Source of the DNA: an uncultured Flavobacteriaceae bacterium
GTDB taxonomy: Bacteria; Bacteroidota; Bacteroidia; Flavobacteriales; Flavobacteriaceae
Length of the DNA: 64,000 nucleotides
Reading direction: 5' to 3'
NCBI GenBank assembly: GCA_947494695.1
Contig: CANLWB010000018.1
Coordinates: 5,265-69,264, forward strand
The notes under the pieces are model-generated. The model made no database searches, had not been told where the DNA came from, and worked only from the letters and a program-made list of their open reading frames with translations. The position numbers and the translations under genes were made by a program. This document shows, one piece after another, positions 48,755-56,094 of the stretch; within the stretch, counting starts at the first letter, position 1; each line of letters opens with the position of its first letter.

Positions 48755-50551
48755 ATGAACCACAGAGAACAAAACACAACCCTGAACACGACACAAAAGC
48801 AAACAACATCGCAAGATACGCCCTATTTGAAGGCAAGAAAGGAGACCCTTGATAAGCTAAACACAAAAAAAGATGGTGGTTTCGAATGGTTAACCGAGAA
48901 CAGTAGAACGTTTTTGGCTGCTGGTTACCTGTCTGAAGGTATATCTGCGGAACAGCGGATTATGGAAATTGCAGAACGGGCAGAACAGATCTTACAAATT
49001 CCGGGGTATGCGGATAAGTTTTATAATCATATGTCTGAAGGGTATTTTTCTTTAGCTTCACCGGTGTGGTCAAACTTTGGAAAAGAAAGAGGACTCCCAA
49101 TAAGTTGTTTTGGCTCTCACGTTGATGATGATATGGGGAATATATTATATACCCAATCTGAAGTCGGTATGATGTCTAAATTAGGAGGAGGGACTTCTGG
49201 ATACTTTGGAAAAATAAGACATCGAGGGGCGCCTGTAAAAAATAACGGAGAAGCTTCTGGAGCGGTACATATTATGCAACTTTTCGAATCTATGGTGGAT
49301 GTTGTGAGCCAGGGCTCGGTAAGACGCGGACGGTTCTCTCCGTATCTGCCAATCGATCACCCGGATATATTAGAATTTTTAGAAATTGGAACCGAGGGGA
49401 ACCCGATACAGGAACTTACACACGGTGTTACAGTGTCCAGTAAATGGATGCAGGAGATGGTAGATGGTGATGTGGAAAAACGTACGGTATGGGCCAAAGT
49501 ATTACAGCGCAGGGGAGAAATGGGGTATCCTTATATCTTTTTTGAGGATAATGCCAATAATGGTGCAGCCGATGTTTATAAAGATAAAAATCTACCCATT
49601 TATGCGAGTAACCTATGTACAGAAATTATGCTGCCTTCTAATCATGATTGGTCGTTTGTTTGTGTCCTTTCTTCGGTTAACTTACTCCATTATGATAAAT
49701 GGAAAGACACCGATGCCGTTGAAACCATGGTGTATTTTTTAGATGCCGTGATTACCGAATTTATAGAAAAACTAGAAACTTACAGAGATTCTTCTAACCG
49801 CGAAGACCGACAAACGTTTCTATTTATGGAACGTGCCTACAATTTTGCAAAAGAAAATAGAGCCTTAGGTTTAGGGGTTTTGGGTTGGCATTCGTTATTA
49901 CAATCTAAAATGCTACCTTTTAATAGTCAGGAAGCCTATAATTTGAATAGTGAGATTTTCAAGAACATTCAAACAAAATCCTATAAGGCCTCCGAAGCGT
50001 TGGCAGACAAGTTTGGTGAACCCGAAGTTCTTAAGGGGTATGGCAGACGTAATGCGACTTTAAATGCGGTTGCCCCGACAACATCTTCTGCTTTTATTTT
50101 AGGGCAGGTATCTCAGGGAATTGAACCCATATGGTCTAATATTTATGTAAAAGATATTGCAAAAATAAAGACGACTATAAAAAATAAGTACCTAGAAGAT
50201 TTACTTGAAGAAAAAGGACAAAATACAACCGAGGTATGGCGTAGTATTCGAGACCATGACGGGTCTGTACAGCATCTGGACTTTTTAACAGAACTAGAGC
50301 GAGATGTCTTTAAAACCTATTCTGAAATCGATCAGCTAGATATCGTGTATCAGGCAGCCAACAGGCAAAATCATATTGACCAGGGACAATCTGTAAATAT
50401 CATTGTGCACCCAGATATGCCTGTTAAGGATATTAATAAGATACATGTAACGGCCTGGCAATTAGGGCTGAAATCTTTGTATTATCAGCACAGTATGAAT
50501 GCTGCTCAAAAGTTTAAGCAAAAGAAGGAATGTGCGAGTTGTGAGGCTTAG
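48755..50551 (+). CDS. nrdA: class I ribonucleotide reductase alpha subunit, short form without ATP-cone
   Basis: 598 aa with catalytic blocks (SCFG, NLCTEI) and the C-terminal redox pair CASCEA. There is no N-terminal ATP-cone. It starts 4 nt after nrdB. Confidence 0.88.
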   Translation: MNHREQNTTLNTTQKQTTSQDTPYLKARKETLDKLNTKKDGGFEWLTENSRTFLAAGYLSEGISAEQRIMEIAERAEQILQIPGYADKFYNHMSEGYFSLASPVWSNFGKERGLPISCFGSHVDDDMGNILYTQSEVGMMSKLGGGTSGYFGKIRHRGAPVKNNGEASGAVHIMQLFESMVDVVSQGSVRRGRFSPYLPIDHPDILEFLEIGTEGNPIQELTHGVTVSSKWMQEMVDGDVEKRTVWAKVLQRRGEMGYPYIFFEDNANNGAADVYKDKNLPIYASNLCTEIMLPSNHDWSFVCVLSSVNLLHYDKWKDTDAVETMVYFLDAVITEFIEKLETYRDSSNREDRQTFLFMERAYNFAKENRALGLGVLGWHSLLQSKMLPFNSQEAYNLNSEIFKNIQTKSYKASEALADKFGEPEVLKGYGRRNATLNAVAPTTSSAFILGQVSQGIEPIWSNIYVKDIAKIKTTIKNKYLEDLLEEKGQNTTEVWRSIRDHDGSVQHLDFLTELERDVFKTYSEIDQLDIVYQAANRQNHIDQGQSVNIIVHPDMPVKDINKIHVTAWQLGLKSLYYQHSMNAAQKFKQKKECASCEA

Positions 50552-50634
50552 TTTTGGGTTTCTAAATTAAAATAACATGAACCTTGTTTAAGGTTTTGAA
50601 GTGCTACTTCGAGCTTGGCTCTATTAATAGACTT

Positions 50635-50687
50635 ACAACCATAAAAATAGCGAGATTATTGAATAATCTCGCTATTTTTATGGTTGT
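50635..50687. repeat. 53-bp perfect palindrome downstream of nrdA
   Basis: The 26-nt arm ACAACCATAAAAATAGCGAGATTATT is followed by G and then the exact reverse complement of the arm. Confidence 0.85.
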
Positions 50688-50902
50688 AGTCCATGGTCTT
50701 ATCGTAATTTGATTTATTAAATTAATAAAGGAAAAGAGAAACCCTAAATACGACCTTATTCTATAACTATAATTTGGGGTTACCTGAACTTTTAGAACCT
50801 TTAATGCTCTTTTAGTTCCAAAGAGATTCCTATTGGGACATTTCCGAATGACTCATTATGGGATACAGTGAAAGGGGGCTTGGGGTAATGATAGCGGTTT
50901 GT

Positions 50903-50939
50903 TTCAAACAAAAAACCCAAGATATAAATCCTGGGTTTT
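50903..50939 (-). terminator. intrinsic terminator downstream of the tRNA 3' fragment
   Basis: The minus strand reads AAAACCCAGG-ATTTATATC-TTGGGTTTT followed by TTGTTTG. Confidence 0.6.
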
Positions 50940-50945
50940 CCTTCG

Positions 50946-50988
50946 TAGCGAGAACGAGATTTGAACTCGTGACCTCCGGGTTATGAAT
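50946..50988 (-). pseudogene. 3' half of a tRNA-Met(CAU) gene (anticodon loop to discriminator base), probable att site of the adjacent integrative element
   Basis: The minus strand reads TTCATAA-CCCGG-AGGTC-ACGAG-TTCAAAT-CTCGT-TCTCGCT-A. These segments are the anticodon loop, 3' anticodon stem, variable loop, T-arm, 3' acceptor strand and discriminator. Neither the complementary 5' anticodon stem (CCGGG) nor the 5' acceptor strand (AGCGAGA) is present upstream. Confidence 0.75.
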
Positions 50989-51160
50989 TTAGAACGTTAT
51001 ATATCATTTTAATATAAATACCATTAAAATCAATTAGTTATCATACTCTTAATTTTGTTTGATATCAAATAAACCCAAATAATATCAAAGAATGTTTTAG
51101 CTATGTTTTAGCAGAGATTAATTATTAAGAATCGTATATTTATTTAGTTACCAAATATTT

Positions 51161-52363
51161 ATGTCATCAATAAGCCCATTTTTAGACAAGAGACCTAACT
51201 CAAAAAAATTGCATCCTATAACTATAAGAATAATAAAGGATAGAAAACCTTCATACATATATTTAGGGCAAGCTGTTAAATTGAATCAATGGGATTCTAA
51301 AAATCGTCGTGTAAAGAATTCTCACCCTGATTATTTAGAAATAAACCAACTCATAATTTCCAAATTGTCTAAAGCAAATAAAAGCTTACTAAATGCTGAA
51401 ATCAAGGAAGAAAATTTATCATCCAAAAGTATAAAGCGAAAAATGATTTCGAAGGAAGAGGGGGATTTCTTTAATATTTCTAAACTTTACTTAAGGAGTA
51501 TTGAAGATAGAAAACAATTTCATCAATATGATATAGCATATCATCGTATTAAAGTTTTTAAAGTGTATGTAAAAAAAGATAAACTTTATTTTAATGAATT
51601 GACTGTAGATCTTTTAAAACTTTTTGAAAATTATTTACTAAATAAAAGAAATCTAAAACCTAGAACCGTAGCAAATTATATGATAACTGTTCGTACTATT
51701 TTTAACTTGGCTATATCTAAATTCGAGACTAATATTCAATTTTATCCATTCGGAAAGGGGAAATACCAAATTCGATTTCCAGAAACAAGAAAGATAGGTT
51801 TGAATATAGATGAAGTTATGATTTTAGAGATTATAAAAGGAATTACAGTGGCACAACAGTATGCTTTAAATGCTTGGTTAATTAGTTTCTATTTTGCAGG
51901 AATAAGAGTTAGCGATGTTCTTAAATTAAAATGGATAGATTTTTTAGATAATAGATTAAACTATAGAATGGGAAAGAATAGTAAATTAGTTTCACTTAAA
52001 GTTCCTGGGGAAGTTGTGAGTATTCTAAAAGGACTTGAAAGTAATGAGGATTCAATATATTTATTTAAAGAATTGGAAGGCGTCAATTTAAATGATAATA
52101 AACGATTACGAACTAGAATAAAGACAGCAACAAGGAATTTTAATAGAAGGTTAGAAATAGTAGCTGCAAAAGCAGGTATTGATAAAAAGCTAAGTATGCA
52201 TATTGCAAGACATAGTTTTGGTAATATTTCTGGTGATAAAATCCCAATACAAATACTTCAAAAACTATACAGACATTCTTCCGTGACAACTACAATTTTA
52301 TATCAGTCGAATTTTGTGAAAAAGGATACAGATGAGGCATTAGAAAAAGTTATTAATTTCTGA
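51161..52363 (+). CDS. int: site-specific tyrosine recombinase / integrase (Bacteroidota type with N-terminal arm-binding domain)
   Basis: 400 aa. The C-terminal catalytic region has ARHSFG ... LYRHSSVTTTILY (R/H/R/Y pattern). It sits about 175 bp from the tRNA fragment. Confidence 0.88.
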   Translation: MSSISPFLDKRPNSKKLHPITIRIIKDRKPSYIYLGQAVKLNQWDSKNRRVKNSHPDYLEINQLIISKLSKANKSLLNAEIKEENLSSKSIKRKMISKEEGDFFNISKLYLRSIEDRKQFHQYDIAYHRIKVFKVYVKKDKLYFNELTVDLLKLFENYLLNKRNLKPRTVANYMITVRTIFNLAISKFETNIQFYPFGKGKYQIRFPETRKIGLNIDEVMILEIIKGITVAQQYALNAWLISFYFAGIRVSDVLKLKWIDFLDNRLNYRMGKNSKLVSLKVPGEVVSILKGLESNEDSIYLFKELEGVNLNDNKRLRTRIKTATRNFNRRLEIVAAKAGIDKKLSMHIARHSFGNISGDKIPIQILQKLYRHSSVTTTILYQSNFVKKDTDEALEKVINF

Positions 52364-52651
52364 GTTCTATTAATACGTTTTCTAAAAGGTTCAAGAGAAG
52401 AAGAATTATCTAAAGTTTTGTTAACCACTGATAATAAATGTGTTATGTTGTTTATTTATTGATATACGCACCTACTTGTAATTAATTGAAATACAGCAAT
52501 ATACGTGTGCTGTTTTTAATTGGATATCTTTTAGAATTAAGTTTCAAACTTAAAATCAGCCTATTTCTTAATCGAAAAATAGAAAATTTCAAGGCCCTCA
52601 TGATTTTTTTAGATTTAAGAGTAAGTTTTGAATGCTATATCCACTCAGTAC

Positions 52652-52880
52652 GGTTCTGTCGCATCTAATGAGAATAAACTAATCATTTATATTTAGGATC
52701 GCATAGTTTCCCAAAAACAATTATTCTCCATGCAGTGTATTTAAAATTCAGATTCGGACCAAGTTATAGGGATATTGAAGAACAGATGTCCATTTGAGGT
52801 ATTAAAGTAGACCATTTTAGTTTCATAATCGTTAAATTTAAAGGATGATTTTTATTGGCTTTTAGAGATGTGACAGAACT
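52652..52880 (+). mobile_element. internally deleted IS6-family insertion sequence remnant (about 229 bp, both terminal inverted repeats retained)
   Basis: The left end is GGTTCTGTCGCATCT (52652). The right end is AGAGATGTGACAGAACT (ending at 52880), whose reverse complement is AGTTCTGTCACATCTCT. Both resemble the IS6/IS257-type end GGTTCTGTTGCAAAG. The internal frame reads IILHAVYLKFRFGPSYRDIEEQMSI*GIKVDH, which resembles an IS6 transposase N-terminus with an in-frame stop. Confidence 0.7.
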
Positions 52881-53000
52881 AGAATTATTGAGGATAGAAA
52901 CCTTCATATATTTGTAAGAGGACAGACCATTAAATTAAACCAATAGAATGTTAAAAATTGTCGTGTGAAAAATTCTCATCTAGGTTATTTAGAAATATAA
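52881..53000 (+). pseudogene. fragment of a second integrase gene (N-terminal arm-binding region), truncated by the IS6 remnant
   Basis: The translation RIIEDRNLHIFVRGQTIKLNQ*NVKNCRVKNSHLGYLEI* aligns with integrase residues RIIKDRKPSYIYLGQAVKLNQWDSKNRRVKNSHPDYLEIN. Nucleotide similarity to about 51228-51345 is visible. Confidence 0.75.
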
Positions 53001-53821
53001 TATCCTTCTAATACAAGTTTTAATCCATCTAGGATAAAATTTATTATCGATATTTGGTATGTGTTAGTTAATTATTTTTGTTTTAAACTTTGTTTGTATA
53101 CTCTCGTTTTTATTTGGATTTTCGAGAAATAAATTGTAATTGATATTCAATCGTTTAAGGATGTCTTTTTCTTAATGATATATTATGGAAAGCCAGTAAC
53201 AAACTTTTATTTCACTTCATAATGATGAAACTCGCTTTTGTAGTATTGTTCTATTTAATTCTTAGTAAGACTATGTGATTGAAGAAGCGAAGCTTTATAA
53301 TCAGGTATATTTTTGCAAATCAAAAACCCTATCTAAATAATTTACACCTGTTATTTTACTTTCTCTTACAGTTAAATTTGATGTGGAATTCAAATTAATC
53401 AGACGAAATAATCATTCTAATTTTATTAAAACTCCTTTACTATTTGTTTAACTTAATGTGTGTTTTTACTTTTTTTTGACTCATTTATTCTTTTAGTTTT
53501 CATGGTAATTAATTGTGTATTGACAAGTTTGATGATAACTCTGCCCTCTTCTTTTTATATATACCAAATTTATAAATTTTTGAGATTTTTTTCCTTTAAA
53601 AAACTATTAAACAATGGTCTGATAGATAGAAAAACCTTTGTATAAATCATATATTTTTATTCACTTGAAAAGCTATAATGAGCAATTACAGGCATTATAC
53701 ATATATCTAGGAAGCCAGCATGGTAACAGATAAAGAGCTGATTTTCCAAAACCCATATTATTCCTTAGGGTTACTAATGTTATAAGTTCGAATGAAATAA
53801 TAAATAAACCAATTAAAAGAT

Positions 53822-54961
53822 GTGAAAAAAATTAAGTTTGGAATTTTAATTTTCTTATCCGTTATACTTTTGATGGAAATAACATTAAGATTAATAGCCT
53901 ATAACCAATTAAGAAAGCACAAAGCAATTAACTATACAAAAGATATTGATCTGGGATATACATATACACCTGGATCGGAAGATTATTTTATAAATGCAGC
54001 ATTTAAAAATAAGTATAAAATTAATAGTTCTGGATTTAATTGGGACGAATTTAAAGTAAAGAAATCACCTGGAATATTTAGAGTGCTTTTATTAGGAAGT
54101 TCTAATGATTCAGGTATTTATTCTGATGGTTCTAATAGTTATGCTAGACTATTGCAAAGAAAATTTCAAGAAAATGGAGATAAAATAGAAATAATGAATT
54201 TTTCGGTTGATGGGATGTATAGAACAATAAGAGAATTAAACTTTGCTTATAAATGTGCTGTAAAGTATAATCCTGATTTAATCTTAATTAATGCACACAT
54301 GCCAATTGTTGATGTTCCTAAGTTCATGATAACATATAAAGGCGTTAAAATTGTATCTCAGAATTACGATGAACCTTTGAAAGATACTCAGTGTTTTATT
54401 GACAACGTAATAGACAACCCTCCTTTGATATCATATATTTATGATATATCATATATGTTTAGAAGTGTCTGTAAATTTTGTAGAGATAGACCAGGTCACC
54501 CAGTAACAAAATTTTTTGAAAAAAGTATATTAAAAAATAAGCGTATTATTAGAATTATTTCAGGAAGAAATATAATGAATGGTAGAATCGAAGAAAGTTT
54601 AATTAAAAAGTATGATGAAAGAGAATCTTTAGATATTTATTTGAAGACTGCTGATTCTTTAGCAAAATTAAAAACGAAACTTGTTTTATTTAATAAGTAT
54701 TTTTCCCATAATAATAGTATAAAACTTAAACCTTATTTTAAAAATTATTTAGGTTTGAATTTAGAATATAACCCTGAACATAATTATGGAAAGCTAGATG
54801 GGCATTTTTCTCAAAAAGGACATAAGGCTATAGCTAAATTATTTTATGAAAAATTTTTCACTGAAAAATTAATACCTCAAAATTACTTTTCAAATAAAAC
54901 CAAAGACCAAATGAAACTTCTTTTAGAAAAAAAGACAACTAAAGACTATAGAAATTGGTGA
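53822..54961 (+). CDS. N-terminally membrane-anchored SGNH/GDSL-like hydrolase or acyltransferase (DltD/AlgX-like architecture)
   Basis: 379 aa with a GTG start and one N-terminal TM. Block I is like FRVLLLGSSNDSG and the C-terminal block is like LDGHFSQKGHKAIA (D-x-x-H). Confidence 0.55.
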   Translation: MKKIKFGILIFLSVILLMEITLRLIAYNQLRKHKAINYTKDIDLGYTYTPGSEDYFINAAFKNKYKINSSGFNWDEFKVKKSPGIFRVLLLGSSNDSGIYSDGSNSYARLLQRKFQENGDKIEIMNFSVDGMYRTIRELNFAYKCAVKYNPDLILINAHMPIVDVPKFMITYKGVKIVSQNYDEPLKDTQCFIDNVIDNPPLISYIYDISYMFRSVCKFCRDRPGHPVTKFFEKSILKNKRIIRIISGRNIMNGRIEESLIKKYDERESLDIYLKTADSLAKLKTKLVLFNKYFSHNNSIKLKPYFKNYLGLNLEYNPEHNYGKLDGHFSQKGHKAIAKLFYEKFFTEKLIPQNYFSNKTKDQMKLLLEKKTTKDYRNW

Positions 54962-55406
54962 AAACTATTTAAATCATTGAAAAAATCCCATCTCCAACAG
55001 AATATTTTATATTAAATGAGGTTATAGAATTAGATGAAAATTTTCTTGTAAAGATTCATATTCTTTTGATTTAGATTCTCTAGAAATAGTATTATACTCT
55101 TTAGAAGTTATGACATAGGTCAAGTTCTAAACTTCTGAATGATCTTTATAGAAGGAGGCATTGCCTAACACGCTTTTTCATTGAACAGTGTACTTTCAAG
55201 AGTAGTGATTTTATGAGTATCACCCATGTTTCTGCTAAATATATTTTTTAATAAATTTCCTACAGTATTAAATTTTAACATAGACTTTAACATAAAATCA
55301 TCCTTGAAAATTTTATTTATGAAAGATTATTTTTATACTTGTTGTGAGGCTTTAATGCTAATTAGTGTTGTGACTCAAATGGCGGAGCTATGTTTTAAAT
55401 GCATAG

Positions 55407-55426
55407 TCTCTCTCTCTCTCTCTCTC
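55407..55426. repeat. (TC)10 dinucleotide microsatellite about 80 nt upstream of the UpxY-like gene
   Basis: The sequence reads TCTCTCTCTCTCTCTCTCTC directly. Confidence 0.95.
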
Positions 55427-55504
55427 TTCTTTTTTCGTCAACGAGATTTATAAATTAATTGAATCTAGAAAATTTACTTATTGTACCATTTAAATTAGTT
55501 TACT

Positions 55505-56026
55505 GTGAATAAGCCCCCCCCAAAAAAATTTAGAGTAGGTTGGTATGTATTATATACTAAATCTAATTATGAAAAAAAAGTTTATACTTTATTGAAAAAT
55601 CGATTTGATGTTTTTCTGCCTATGTCCAAAATAGAGAAACAGTGGAGCGATAGAAAAAAAACTCTAGAAAAACCATTATTTAAGTCATATATTTTTATTC
55701 ATTTAGAAAATGAGAAAGACAGAATAGATGTTTTGAAGGCAGAAGGAGTATATAATTATGTAAGTATAAAAGGAAAACCAGGCATGGTTACAAGTAAAGA
55801 AATAAATATAATAAAACTTTTTATTGGCGAATTATCAGATGTTCAATTGGTTCCTTTTGAAATTTGTATTGGTCAAAAGAAAAGAATTAATTTTGGACCC
55901 TTTTCTGGTTATGATTGTTATATTATTGACTATGATGGTAAAGAAAAAGTTATAGTTCGCATAGATTCCTTAAAAAGTTGTATTAGCGCTGAGATAAATA
56001 AAGCACATTTAGCTGAACTTTGTTAA
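55505..56026 (+). CDS. UpxY family (NusG-like) transcription antiterminator
   Basis: 173 aa with an NGN domain (WYVLYTKSNYEKKVYTLL ... EKQWSDRKKTLEKPLFKSYIFIH) and a KOW-like C-terminus. The only start candidate is a GTG. Confidence 0.85.
   Translation: MNKPPPKKFRVGWYVLYTKSNYEKKVYTLLKNRFDVFLPMSKIEKQWSDRKKTLEKPLFKSYIFIHLENEKDRIDVLKAEGVYNYVSIKGKPGMVTSKEINIIKLFIGELSDVQLVPFEICIGQKKRINFGPFSGYDCYIIDYDGKEKVIVRIDSLKSCISAEINKAHLAELC
55514..55528 (+). repeat. C8 followed by A7 homopolymer tract in codons 4-8 of the UpxY-like ORF
   Basis: The sequence is GTG AAT AAG CCC CCC CCA AAA AAA TTT. A run of eight C is conspicuous in this AT-rich region. Confidence 0.95.
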
Positions 56027-56094
56027 ATAAAGTGATTTTGTCTGCCTTAAAAAAGCAATAATGATTAATAGATTATATTCTAAATAGAATAAAA

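Noticed and set aside
50946-51060. An intact tRNA-Met gene.
   Set aside because: Only the anticodon loop to the 3' end is present. The complementary 5' anticodon stem (CCGGG) and 5' acceptor strand (AGCGAGA) are absent from the following about 100 nt. It is therefore called a 3' fragment/att site rather than a tRNA gene.
52486-55453. Short ORFs in the AT-rich island spacer regions (52486..52668, 53460..53645, 55226..55453).
   Set aside because: They give low-complexity, Phe/Leu/Ile-rich translations typical of random ORFs in AT-rich DNA. One overlaps the IS remnant end and one includes the (TC)10 tract.
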